Shown piece by piece: positions 1 through 9,352 of a stretch of 51,163 nt of DNA (the stretch's first letter is position 1; each line of letters opens with the position of its first letter). The stretch is from an uncultured Rikenella sp. (GTDB taxonomy: Bacteria; Bacteroidota; Bacteroidia; Bacteroidales; VadinHA17). The DNA lies in assembly GCA_964519065.1 (NCBI GenBank), contig CAZFIF010000001.1, positions 1 to 51,163 of the forward strand, in the 5' to 3' direction. The notes under the pieces are model-generated. The model did no database searches. It saw only the letters and a list, made by a program, of their open reading frames with translations, and was not told the DNA's origin. The position numbers were made by a program, and so were the translations under genes.

Positions 1-173
1 ATGAGATGGATCTTCTCTTCCAGGCTGCGGCCGAGGCAACCGAGGAGGCCATTATAAACTCACTCTTTGCCGCTGAGACCGCCAGGGCAAGAAACGGCAT
101 GACCATCCAGGCACTGCCAGTGGAAGAGACGCTGCAGATACTCCGGAAATACAACAGGTTGACGGAAAAATGA
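1..173 (+). CDS. 3' end of a P1/S58 (DmpA-like) family peptidase gene, truncated by the window edge
   Basis: Frame 3 is open from nt 3 to TGA 171-173. It gives EMDLLFQAAAEATEEAIINSLFAAETARARNGMTIQALPVEETLQILRKYNRLTEK, which resembles the conserved C-terminus of DmpA/P1-family aminopeptidases. The stop overlaps the next start as ATGA. It is missing from the ORF track because it has no start inside the window. Confidence 0.55.
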   Translation, partial: EMDLLFQAAAEATEEAIINSLFAAETARARNGMTIQALPVEETLQILRKYNRLTEK

Positions 174-1693
174 CTTCCATCCCAATAAATGCTGTCAGAA
201 GATTATTTGCCGCATCGGTTCTGGCCCTTACTGTCACCTTAATGCCGCTGTCGGCTCAGGATCTTCCAGCAGGGCTGACACATGACATTGACAGCCTCTA
301 CCGGGCCTTTGCCGAAGAAAATCATTTCCCGGGAATAGCGTATGGCATAATCATTGACACGATGATAGTGCACACCGGTGCTTCCGGTTACTCAAGCCTG
401 GCAGACAGTACGGCGGTAACACCATCCACAGCCTTCAGGGCGGCATCAATGACGAAGAGCTTTACGGCTCTGGCGATACTCAGTCTTCGCGATGAGGGGA
501 AGCTACGGCTTGATGATCCGGTAAGAGACTGGCTCCCGGAGCTCGATAGTCTCCTCTACCTGACTGCTGATGCGCCGGTACTGACGATACGTCACCTGCT
601 TACCCACACCGGCGGGTTTCCGCAGGACGACCCGTGGGCGGACAGACGGCTTGAAACGACGGAGGAAGAGCTCGATACCCTGATTGCTGAGGGACTGTCG
701 ATGTCAAATCTCCCGGGTATCACCTACGAGTACAGCAACCTGGGATACACTCTCCTGGGGAGGGTAATAAGGGCTGTCACCGGCGAGTCTTACCAGTCAT
801 ACATCACATCACACATCTTCAGGCCGCTGGGCATGAGCAGCACCGTCTGGGAGTTCGGCGACCTGCCCGTCGGGGTCATGGCGCAGGGATACAGGTATCG
901 CATGGGCGAATGGAACAAAGAGGAGCTCCTGCATGACGGTCCCTTCGGTGCCATGGGAGGATTGATTTCAACAGTGGGTGATTTCGCCCGCTATGCTATC
1001 ATGCACCTCTCGGCATGGCCACCGTGCAATGCGCCTGATAACGGACCGGTGAAAAGAAGCACCCTGAGGGAGATGCACACACCTTCATCAGGGGTGGCAT
1101 ACAGCAGCAGCACACTCTACCCCGGCGGCCCCGACTGCCACGTTATCATTGCCTACGGGTACGGCCTCAGGTGGTCAGTAGACTGTATGGGGAGAAAGAA
1201 GATCTATCACAACGGAGGGCTGCCAGGTTTTGGGGGCAACTGGACGATCATGCCCGATTACGGGATCGGCATTATCGCCTTCAGCAACCGGACATACGGT
1301 TCAACATGGGCTGTAAACCAGGAGGTTCTGGAGCTGATTATTGCAGAAAGAAAGCTTCGGCCCCGTCCGCCTGAAGCAACCGATATTCTACAAAGCAGAA
1401 TGAATGACCTGTTGGAAATCCTTCCTGATTGGGATATCTCGCGGTGCGAAACTCTCTTTTCGGATAATTTCTTCGTTGATAATCTTCCGGAGGATCTGAA
1501 AGCTGAATCAGCAATGATATTTGCAAAAGCGGGTGAGATATTACATATAGGGAAGATTGTCCCGGAGAACGCGCTCAGGGGCTATTTCATCATGGAGGGA
1601 AGGGATAGCGACATCACTGTCGGGTTTACCCTGACGCCGGAGGCCATGCCGCGAATCCAGGCTTTCAGTATTACATTAACGCCAAAGAGATAA
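170..1693 (+). CDS. S12 beta-lactamase-fold serine hydrolase with signal peptide and a ~130 aa C-terminal extension
   Basis: SxxK motif (ASMTKSF), YxN (YEYSNLGY) and an HxG/KTG-equivalent (HNGGLPGF). N-terminal signal-like segment. ATGA overlap with the upstream gene. Confidence 0.85.
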   Translation: MTSIPINAVRRLFAASVLALTVTLMPLSAQDLPAGLTHDIDSLYRAFAEENHFPGIAYGIIIDTMIVHTGASGYSSLADSTAVTPSTAFRAASMTKSFTALAILSLRDEGKLRLDDPVRDWLPELDSLLYLTADAPVLTIRHLLTHTGGFPQDDPWADRRLETTEEELDTLIAEGLSMSNLPGITYEYSNLGYTLLGRVIRAVTGESYQSYITSHIFRPLGMSSTVWEFGDLPVGVMAQGYRYRMGEWNKEELLHDGPFGAMGGLISTVGDFARYAIMHLSAWPPCNAPDNGPVKRSTLREMHTPSSGVAYSSSTLYPGGPDCHVIIAYGYGLRWSVDCMGRKKIYHNGGLPGFGGNWTIMPDYGIGIIAFSNRTYGSTWAVNQEVLELIIAERKLRPRPPEATDILQSRMNDLLEILPDWDISRCETLFSDNFFVDNLPEDLKAESAMIFAKAGEILHIGKIVPENALRGYFIMEGRDSDITVGFTLTPEAMPRIQAFSITLTPKR

Positions 1694-1697
1694 GACT

Positions 1698-2822
1698 ATG
1701 AGGGGAGTGATAATTCTGTCAGCCTGCCTGCTGCTGGCTTCATGTTCAACAAAACAATCGGAAAAGACTATGTTAAGCGGACTTGATACATTGCTTGCGG
1801 ACGAATTCCGGGCAGATGAGCCAGGAGGGGCGGTGCTTGTCATGAAGGGTGACAGCACCATTTACCTGAAATGTATCGGAATGGCTGACCTGGTTACACG
1901 TGAGGATATCACCCCGAATACCCTTTTCAACCTCGGATCAATCTCCAAGACCTTTGTTGCCAATGGCATACTAATACTGGAGGAGGAAGGCAAACTCTCG
2001 GTCGACGACCCGATGAGCAGGTATTTCCCGGAATTCAGAAGCGGGGAGATAGCCGATGCAGTTACCATCGCACATCTCCTCACCCATACGTCGGGTTTGC
2101 CTGACATAAGGCCCGTAAGTGAGAATCCCGAATTCTTCATCACCGCGAAGGACTATGAGAATTTTGCACCTGTCATGCAGGCTGAAAGACTGAACTTCTC
2201 ACCCGGGGAGAGGTATGAATATTCCAATCCCGCCTTCAACGGCCTGGCCCTGATCATTGAGAAGGCAAGCGGGCAGAAGTGGCAGCAGTTCATCGCTGAG
2301 AGGATCTTTGCCCCTGCCGGAATGACAACGAGCACCATCACCGACGGTCCCCACCCCGAGAAGGGTGTGGCTCATGCCTATGAGCTCGTGAACGGCAAGT
2401 GGGTGGAGTCCGATTACGGTGAGTTCCCCACGTTTCCCGCTGCAGGCAACGGGGGAGTGTGGAGCTCCGTCACGGAACTGGCGCTTTACGAGAAAAGCAT
2501 CAGCCAGAACCTCTTCCTCGGCAAGGAGCTAACGGAGAGGTCAAGGAGCATATACCGTCCGGAAGCATGGGTTGACACTACACTTCCCTTCATCGGCTAC
2601 AGCTGGTTTATAGGTGAGGGACAGTTTCTCGGGGAAGAAAACAGCTTCGGTGTCAGGTTCGTCTATCACACAGGTGACCAGGGAGGGTTCAGGGCTTTCC
2701 ACATAGCCATCCCGGAAAAGGATATACTCTTTGTAGGGCTCTTCAACAGGCCGCCCGGTGACATGAACAAAATCATTCATAAAGGGATCTCCCTGATGAA
2801 GCAGGCAGACTGGTTCGATTAG
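1698..2822 (+). CDS. S12 beta-lactamase-fold serine hydrolase, lipoprotein
   Basis: Lipobox-like LLLASCS. SxxK (GSISKTF), YSN (YEYSNPAF), HTG (YHTGDQGG). Starts 4 nt after the previous stop. Confidence 0.85.
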   Translation: MRGVIILSACLLLASCSTKQSEKTMLSGLDTLLADEFRADEPGGAVLVMKGDSTIYLKCIGMADLVTREDITPNTLFNLGSISKTFVANGILILEEEGKLSVDDPMSRYFPEFRSGEIADAVTIAHLLTHTSGLPDIRPVSENPEFFITAKDYENFAPVMQAERLNFSPGERYEYSNPAFNGLALIIEKASGQKWQQFIAERIFAPAGMTTSTITDGPHPEKGVAHAYELVNGKWVESDYGEFPTFPAAGNGGVWSSVTELALYEKSISQNLFLGKELTERSRSIYRPEAWVDTTLPFIGYSWFIGEGQFLGEENSFGVRFVYHTGDQGGFRAFHIAIPEKDILFVGLFNRPPGDMNKIIHKGISLMKQADWFD

Positions 2823-2875
2823 CATTCAAGCTGTCGCTTTGCTACCCGGGCAGATAAATTTCCGTCTGAGATCGC

Positions 2876-2883
2876 TATCTTTG
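2876..2883 (+). promoter_or_regulatory. Bacteroidota-type -7 promoter motif (TAnnTTTG)
   Basis: TATCTTTG lies ~25 nt upstream of ATG 2909 in an 86-nt intergenic gap. Confidence 0.4.
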
Positions 2884-2908
2884 TAGCTTTAACCAGGGTT
2901 CCGTCTAA

Positions 2909-3865
2909 ATGATAATTCAAATACTTCTCTTGATTACCGGTCTGGCAATGCTGATTGTCGGGGCTGACTGGCTTGTCGGCGGAGCTTCAACGCTTGCAAA
3001 GAAATTCAATATCTCAGATCTGACGATAGGTCTGACAGTGGTTGCTTTCGGGACCTCAGCGCCAGAGCTGGTTGTGAACCTCTTTGCCGCCACCGCCGAG
3101 CATCAGGATCTTGTATTCGGAAACATTTTAGGAAGCAACAACTTCAACATCTTCATCGTTTTGGGCGTATCCGGGCTTATCCTACCCCTGCGGGTTCATC
3201 TAAGCACCATATGGAAAGAGATACCTATCTCCTTTGCAGCAATAGTCATTTTCTTTCTGATGGTTCTTGACCCGTTTACACCCGGGAAGCAGTTGCTGGG
3301 AAGAATAGACGGATTGATACTGGTACTGCTGTTCATTCTCTTCCAGTATTATGTTTACCGGCAGATGAAGAGGTCGGTGCCGGAGCACCTGCCCGCAAAG
3401 CCGGCCACACCTGTCATAAGGATTGTAGGGCTTATACTGCTTGGTCTTGCCGGGCTTGTCATCGGCGGCAGGATGGTAGTATCCAATGCTGTTGTGCTGG
3501 CAAAGGCAATAGGTATAAGTGAAAAGGTAATCGGCATCACCATTGTTGCCGCCGGCACCTCCCTTCCCGAACTGGCGACGTCAGTTGTGGCAGTATTGAA
3601 GAAGAATACGGACATCGCTGTTGGCAACATCATCGGTTCCAATATCTTTAACATATTCCTTATTGGCGGTCTTGTCTCCGTAGTTAAGCCCGTAGCATAC
3701 AGTACCTCCTTCAACAACGACTTTTATATCCTGGCTGCAGGCACCGTCATACTGTTCATCAACATGTTTACCTTTAAGAGGCATAAGCTTGACAGGTGGG
3801 AAGCCGCATTGTTGCTGGTGTTTTACATAGGTTATACCGTGTTGCTGATCACTGAGAAGGTATAG
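2909..3865 (+). CDS. Ca2+/Na+ antiporter, CaCA (YrbG-like) family
   Basis: Two alpha-repeat signatures (GTSAPELVV and GTSLPELATS) in a polytopic membrane protein of typical ~320 aa length. Confidence 0.9.
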   Translation: MIIQILLLITGLAMLIVGADWLVGGASTLAKKFNISDLTIGLTVVAFGTSAPELVVNLFAATAEHQDLVFGNILGSNNFNIFIVLGVSGLILPLRVHLSTIWKEIPISFAAIVIFFLMVLDPFTPGKQLLGRIDGLILVLLFILFQYYVYRQMKRSVPEHLPAKPATPVIRIVGLILLGLAGLVIGGRMVVSNAVVLAKAIGISEKVIGITIVAAGTSLPELATSVVAVLKKNTDIAVGNIIGSNIFNIFLIGGLVSVVKPVAYSTSFNNDFYILAAGTVILFINMFTFKRHKLDRWEAALLLVFYIGYTVLLITEKV

Positions 3866-3955
3866 AGCCTTAAGAGTAATATGAGAGCAAAGCGATGAAC
3901 CTCAACAGGTGAGTAAGATTTCATCCAGAACCCTGATAACGGTTAAATAATATGC

Positions 3956-3963
3956 TAACTTTG
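3956..3963 (+). promoter_or_regulatory. Bacteroidota-type -7 promoter motif (TAnnTTTG)
   Basis: TAACTTTG lies 23 nt before ATG 3987 and ~190 nt before the signal-peptide start at 4155. Confidence 0.35.
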
Positions 3964-4154
3964 GTGGAAACCTACATAAATCCGTCATGAGAATCAGAAA
4001 GCCAGTGTCATTTTTCGCTGCTGCTGCAATGATATTCATGTGGGTCAGGAACTTGGTCCGGAGAGTTTTCCGGAAGAGAAGTACATCAGACTTGTTGACA
4101 GGAAGATGTTCAGCACTGAGAAGGTCTCGCACCGCAATCGTAAATATTTTATCT

Positions 4155-4994
4155 ATGAAAAGAGAGATACTGACATTGGGCTTAGCTTTTATCACACTGC
4201 TTATCTCGGGTCAGCCGGGAGCCGGCAACGGTGAGTTAATAAAAACTGACTGGCAAATAAAAAGCGTGTCTGACGGTGTTATGATGAGATATGCCACTGA
4301 CTCTCTCTTCAACTCAGTACAGGCGATCTATCTGGTTGATGTTGACACGTCGGCGGCCGCGTTCGAGTTCGGTGTTGCCGTTCCGGATTCCAGGATGGCA
4401 ACGAGTGATATTGCCAGAAAGGAAGGAGTGCTGGCAGCTGTGAACGGCACCTTCTTCAACATGAAGGAGGGTTACAACGTCCATTATGTCAGGGTCGATG
4501 ACAGTATAATCGCGGTGACAGACGAAGGGGAATTCGGAATCCGTGCCACAGGTGTCTTCACCGCAACAGGTGAGGCTGTTGATATCCTGCCCTGGGGTCC
4601 GGAGCGGGAAGATGCCGGTGCGGTGGTTGCTGAAGATGCGATTGTCAGCGGACCACTGTTGATAGATGACGGTGTGGACATGCCTCTTGACAGCATAAAC
4701 TTCAATACCAATCGTCATCCGCGCACCATGGTTGGTATCACTGCCGACGGACATATGCTTCTGTTGGTCGTTGACGGCAGGCAGCCGGGCTATGCTGACG
4801 GGATGAGCCTGTTTGAGCTACGGGCCCTGGCTCACAGCCTGGGATGCACTGATGCACTCAACCTTGACGGCGGCGGATCAACGACGCTGGTAGTTGCCGG
4901 TGAGGGCAGCAACGGAGTTGTGAACAGGCCGTCAGGCAAGATACAAAGGCCTGTGCCAAGCATACTTTTTGTGCGACAGAGTAATAATAACTGA
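4155..4994 (+). CDS. Phosphodiester glycosidase family protein (DUF2233/NAGPA-like), secreted
   Basis: Conserved NGTFFN and HPRTMVGITADGHMLLLVVDGRQPGYADGMSLFELRALAHSLGCTDALNLDGGGSTT. The start is set at MKREILTLGLAFITLLISG, a good signal peptide. The track start at 3987 would add 56 basic residues and stays a possible alternative. Confidence 0.8.
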   Translation: MKREILTLGLAFITLLISGQPGAGNGELIKTDWQIKSVSDGVMMRYATDSLFNSVQAIYLVDVDTSAAAFEFGVAVPDSRMATSDIARKEGVLAAVNGTFFNMKEGYNVHYVRVDDSIIAVTDEGEFGIRATGVFTATGEAVDILPWGPEREDAGAVVAEDAIVSGPLLIDDGVDMPLDSINFNTNRHPRTMVGITADGHMLLLVVDGRQPGYADGMSLFELRALAHSLGCTDALNLDGGGSTTLVVAGEGSNGVVNRPSGKIQRPVPSILFVRQSNNN

Positions 4995-5073
4995 AACAAA
5001 TTAGAATTTCACATACCATATCAAGACAATAGCATTAAAAAAGCGCTTTATTCACCACACAAAAGAAACAGAA

Positions 5074-5655
5074 ATGAGTTACACACTTCAGCCAGGCCAG
5101 AAGGCCCCCGATTTCAGGCTACCGGCTACTGATGGCAGGGAATACAGCCTGTCAGACTTCGATGATCACCCATACCTTGTGATATTCTTTACCTGTAATC
5201 ACTGTCCCTATGTTATAGGTTCCGATGAGGTTACGAGAGCCACGGCAGAGAAATTCAGTGATGCCGGTGTAACATTCGTCGGAATAAACTCAAATAGTGA
5301 GAACACCTATCCTGAAGACAGCTTCCCCAACATGGTTCAACGGATGGAGAAGTACGGATTCCCGTGGAAATACCTGTACGACAAGGATCAGTCAGTGGTT
5401 AGGGCCTATGGTGCTCTGAAGACGCCGCACTTTTATGTCTTCAACCGTGAGAGGGAGCTGGTTTATACAGGCAGAGGCGTGGATTCTCCACGTGACACAA
5501 CACGTATGACCGTCAACGATCTTGACACGGTTCTGGAGGAGCTGACATCCGGCAGAGCGATCCCGGTGCCGGTGACCAATCCTATCGGATGCAATATCAA
5601 GTGGGAAGGTCATGATGCAAAGTGGATGCCGCCCGAAGCATGCGACCTTGTATGA
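5074..5655 (+). CDS. Thioredoxin-fold protein (AhpC/TSA-redoxin-like), cytoplasmic
   Basis: CxxC centre in [10 protein letters not shown] after a KAPDFRLP-type N-terminus. No signal peptide. Confidence 0.8.
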   Translation: MSYTLQPGQKAPDFRLPATDGREYSLSDFDDHPYLVIFFTCNHCPYVIGSDEVTRATAEKFSDAGVTFVGINSNSENTYPEDSFPNMVQRMEKYGFPWKYLYDKDQSVVRAYGALKTPHFYVFNRERELVYTGRGVDSPRDTTRMTVNDLDTVLEELTSGRAIPVPVTNPIGCNIKWEGHDAKWMPPEACDLV

Positions 5656-6539
5656 ACACCCCGGCCATTGACATCACCGGCCTTACAAAGAGATATGGCA
5701 GGGACAGGGGGATTGAGGATGTCAACCTTCAGGTTGAAGAGGGTGAGATATTCGGTTTTATCGGCCCCAACGGAGCCGGTAAATCAACCACCATCAGGGT
5801 GTTGCTGAACCTGTTGTTCCCTACTTCCGGAAAAGCGCAGATAATGGGAATGGACGTGGTCAGGGATTCAAAAAAGATCAAATATCAAACTGGGTACGTT
5901 CCCTCGGATGCAAATGCTTACTCTCATATGGAGACCGGTGAGTTCTTGCGGTACTGCAGCAGATTTTTCAGATATGAAGGCACTGAGAGGAAAATCCATG
6001 AGCTGACGGAACTGTTTGAACTGGACCATAAAAGAAAGATCTCTGATCTTTCCATGGGGAACAGGAAGAAAATTTCCATTATCCAGAGCCTCCTGCATGA
6101 TCCGAAACTTCTTATTGTCGATGAGCCGACGATGGGCCTTGATCCGCTGATGCAGGCAAGGTTCTTTGAGCTTCTGAGATCAGAGAACCGTAAGGGTATG
6201 ACTGTATTCTATTCGTCTCATACACTGAGCGATGTGCAGATGCTTTGCCGGCGTGTGGGCATCATCAGGGAAGGCAGGATCATTAAGGTGGAGGAGATAG
6301 AAACACTCAGAAAGAGGCAGCTGAAGAATATCTATATCCAATTCAATAATCAGATTGACAATACATTATTGGAACTACCGGGTATTGAGGATGCTCCACT
6401 GATATCAGGCAGAACGATAAAATTCCTTTACGCCGGGGAGATCAACAGGCTCATTTGGGCTCTCAATGACAGGGATATTACCGACATGACCATTGAGGAG
6501 CCTTCGCTGGAGGAGATATTCATGCATTACTATAACTAA
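5652..6539 (+). CDS. ABC transporter ATP-binding protein
   Basis: Walker [10 protein letters not shown], signature-like LSMGNRKK, Walker B LLIVDEP. The start is set at ATG 5652 ([11 protein letters not shown]), forming an ATGA overlap with the upstream stop. The track start at 5622 is GTG. Confidence 0.9.
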   Translation: MNTPAIDITGLTKRYGRDRGIEDVNLQVEEGEIFGFIGPNGAGKSTTIRVLLNLLFPTSGKAQIMGMDVVRDSKKIKYQTGYVPSDANAYSHMETGEFLRYCSRFFRYEGTERKIHELTELFELDHKRKISDLSMGNRKKISIIQSLLHDPKLLIVDEPTMGLDPLMQARFFELLRSENRKGMTVFYSSHTLSDVQMLCRRVGIIREGRIIKVEEIETLRKRQLKNIYIQFNNQIDNTLLELPGIEDAPLISGRTIKFLYAGEINRLIWALNDRDITDMTIEEPSLEEIFMHYYN

Positions 6540-6554
6540 TTCCCGACGGGCAAT

Positions 6555-7364
6555 ATGAATAATAACTTATTTTTCAGGGAATTAAGAAGCAACGCATCCA
6601 CCCTGCTGATATGGACTGCAGTAATAACAGCTCTTACAGCTCTGACTATGTCATTCTACGGTGTCTTCCTGGAAAACAACCAGAAGATACTTGCGATGAT
6701 CAGTATTCTCCCGGAGGGTACCCTGCAGTTCAAGGGTATCTCGGATGTTGATGACCTGTTTTCAGTACTGGGATTTTACTCCGCCAACAACGTCATCTAT
6801 ATGCTTGTATTGGGCAGTATCTATTCCATCGTACTCTCTTCGGGAGTCCTGCTCAGGGAGGAATACAACAAGACAGCGGAATTTCTGCTGGCCTGGCCCC
6901 TCACCCGTGGTGAGATTTTCTTCAGCAAGGCAGCTGTCGTTTTCCTGAATGTTTTAATTATAAATATTGTTACCGCAGTAGCGGGATATATTACCCTTGA
7001 GATCGTCAAGAGAGAACCCTTCAGTACACATGCCTTTCTTGTTATGTCGATCTATACTCTGATGCTCAACCTGTTTTTCGCATCCCTGGGACTGTTCATG
7101 TCGACACTGGTGAAGAGAGCGAGACCGATAACCACGCTGAGCATCGGTCTGGTGCTTATCCTCTATTTTATCTTCACCATCTCCAATATCACGGAAAGCC
7201 TGTCAGGAATTGGTTACATAAGTCCCTACAAATTCGTCAACCTCGATACACTGGATCCGGATTACAGTATTGAGTTCATCTCAGTACTTTATTTCACGGG
7301 GATGTCAGTACTTCTGACATTATTCTCCTTCAGAATATACAAGCGTAAAGACATCTATCTATAG
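6555..7364 (+). CDS. ABC-2 type transporter permease
   Basis: ~6 TM helices, a long first extracytoplasmic loop, and a start 15 nt after the ATPase gene. Confidence 0.75.
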   Translation: MNNNLFFRELRSNASTLLIWTAVITALTALTMSFYGVFLENNQKILAMISILPEGTLQFKGISDVDDLFSVLGFYSANNVIYMLVLGSIYSIVLSSGVLLREEYNKTAEFLLAWPLTRGEIFFSKAAVVFLNVLIINIVTAVAGYITLEIVKREPFSTHAFLVMSIYTLMLNLFFASLGLFMSTLVKRARPITTLSIGLVLILYFIFTISNITESLSGIGYISPYKFVNLDTLDPDYSIEFISVLYFTGMSVLLTLFSFRIYKRKDIYL

Positions 7365-7563
7365 GCCTGATTGACAAAGAAATGAAATCGACGATATGCA
7401 TAATTACAGGGCTGACATCAGGTTCATCAGCAAAGGCAGCCAAGAGCACCGGAAGGCAAATCGCTTATAACCTACAACGGTCCAAAGAATGATGGAAAGC
7501 AGTTTACGGCTATCAAAAAACACATTCAGAGTCCCCCATTATAAGACAAATACAGATGACTAA

Positions 7564-9312
7564 ATGATAAAAATAAGAAAAATCACCAATCCGTATCTTG
7601 AGGCCAACGTAAAAAAGATCGAGGCTGTCAGGGAGATCCTCAGGAGGCAGTTCCCGGATGTCCGGGAGCAAAAGATCAATGCTATTGACTCGCAACTGGT
7701 TGATCCGCTGAAGCACAAGTACCAGACCTCCATCTTCATCGCCGAGGATATACATGAGACTGTCAAGGCCTGTGCTGTGCTTCATTTCATGCCTGATCTT
7801 CAGTTCTGTTATCTTGATTACATAGCCTCAACGCCTGACAGTCCATCATCAGGGTTTGGAGGTGCCCTGTATGACCGTCTGAGGGAGGAGGCCGGCTCGC
7901 TTGATGCCATCGGGCTTTTCTTTGAGTGCCTGCCTGACGATCCGGAGCTATGCAGCGATCCGGAGATACTTCAGCAGAACCGCAAAAGGCTGGCTTTCTA
8001 CGAGCGATTCGGAGCGCGACCGATTGACAACACTCTTTATGCAACACCTGTCAAACCGGGTGACGACTGTCCTCCCTACCTGGTCTTTGACGGCCTGTGG
8101 AGAAACGAACCGCTGTCACGCAAGAGTGCCAGGGAGATTGTTAAGGCCATCCTGGAGAGAAAGTACGGAGACTACTCTGGCACCGTGTATAATAACATGG
8201 TTATCAACAGTATCACTGATGATCCCGTAGTAATCAGGCCTCCCCGGTACAGCCGCAGGAAAAACCATTCCGATGCACAGACTGACATTCCCGTTAAGAA
8301 GATCTGGCTGGCTGTCAATGACAGACATTCCATTCATCATATCAGGGAACGCGGATATGTAGAGTCGCCGGTAAGGGTAAAGAGCATCCTGAAGGAGCTC
8401 GACAAGAGCGGGCTCTTCAGGACAGGGAAGATCAGTGAATACCCTGACAGGCATATTCTGGAAGTGCATGATCCCAATTACTACAGCTATTTCAAGAAGG
8501 TATGCCAGAATATCCCCAAGGGAAAATCGGTATATCCTTATGTATTCCCTATACGTTATGCCTCACGGGCTCCGAAGGAGCTTTCAGTGAGGGCGGGGTA
8601 TTACTGTTTTGACACCTTCACCCCACTCAACCAGGATGCTTTTCTCGCAGCACGCTGGGGCGTAAACTGCACCATGAGTGCGGCTGACGAGCTGCTTGCC
8701 GGCACCAGGTATGCATATGTTCTCACCCGTCCGCCCGGACATCACACTGAGAGGTCGGTATTCGGAGGCTTCTGCTATTTCAACAACTGCGCCATAGCAG
8801 CCCATCACATGAGCAAAAACGGCAGGGTTGCAATTCTCGACATCGATTATCATCATGGCAACGGTCAGCAGAACATCTTTTACCGGAGAGGTGACGTTCT
8901 TACTGTCTCACTGCACGGGCACCCCTCATTTGCCTACCCCTATTTCTCGGGGTTTGAGGAGGAGAAAGGTGAAGGTGAAGGGTTGGGTTTCAATTACAAT
9001 TTCCCGTTGGCGGAGAAGCTGACTGCAGAGCAGTACAGAAAGACTCTCAGGAGAGCGCTGAAGATCATCAGCGGGTACAGGCCGGACTACCTGGTTGTTG
9101 CCCTGGGCCTCGATCCTGCCAAGGGGGATCCCACCGGCACATGGAGCTTCGGGCAAGACGATTTCGCACAAAACGGGCAGATGATCGGAGAGCTCAGGTT
9201 TCCGACTCTTGTGGTACAGGAAGGGGGCTACCGGAACCAGTCGCTCGGCCATAATGCCCGGGCTTTCTTCACCGGCCTGCACAGAGGCTGGAACGGTAGT
9301 AAGAATAAGTAA
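7564..9312 (+). CDS. Fusion protein: N-terminal GNAT-like acetyltransferase fold plus C-terminal HDAC/acetylpolyamine amidohydrolase-type deacetylase
   Basis: C-terminal half has classic arginase/deacetylase motifs: RPPGHHTE, GFCYFNNCAIAA, LDIDYHHGNGQQ, EGGY. N-terminal ~210 aa has a GNAT-like motif A (CYLDYIASTPDSPSSGFGGALYDRLREEA) and motif B (RLAFYERFGARP). Confidence 0.85.
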   Translation: MIKIRKITNPYLEANVKKIEAVREILRRQFPDVREQKINAIDSQLVDPLKHKYQTSIFIAEDIHETVKACAVLHFMPDLQFCYLDYIASTPDSPSSGFGGALYDRLREEAGSLDAIGLFFECLPDDPELCSDPEILQQNRKRLAFYERFGARPIDNTLYATPVKPGDDCPPYLVFDGLWRNEPLSRKSAREIVKAILERKYGDYSGTVYNNMVINSITDDPVVIRPPRYSRRKNHSDAQTDIPVKKIWLAVNDRHSIHHIRERGYVESPVRVKSILKELDKSGLFRTGKISEYPDRHILEVHDPNYYSYFKKVCQNIPKGKSVYPYVFPIRYASRAPKELSVRAGYYCFDTFTPLNQDAFLAARWGVNCTMSAADELLAGTRYAYVLTRPPGHHTERSVFGGFCYFNNCAIAAHHMSKNGRVAILDIDYHHGNGQQNIFYRRGDVLTVSLHGHPSFAYPYFSGFEEEKGEGEGLGFNYNFPLAEKLTAEQYRKTLRRALKIISGYRPDYLVVALGLDPAKGDPTGTWSFGQDDFAQNGQMIGELRFPTLVVQEGGYRNQSLGHNARAFFTGLHRGWNGSKNK

Positions 9313-9327
9313 TTCAACAGGTTTAAG

Positions 9328-9335
9328 TATATTTG
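9328..9335 (+). promoter_or_regulatory. TAnnTTTG motif copy 1 upstream of the 9391 gene
   Basis: TATATTTG lies 55 nt before ATG 9391 and upstream of the hairpin at 9353-9375. Confidence 0.3.
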
Positions 9336-9352
9336 CAGTATTAGAAAGAAAG

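Noticed and set aside
7382-7492. 36-aa ORF (MKSTICIITGLTSGSSAKAAKSTGRQIAYNLQRSKE) in the 199-nt gap before the GNAT-HDAC gene, faintly reminiscent of an SDR N-terminus
   Set aside because: The TGxxxGxG pattern is not actually present and the ORF is very short. Nothing else suggests a gene remnant, so I treat it as chance.
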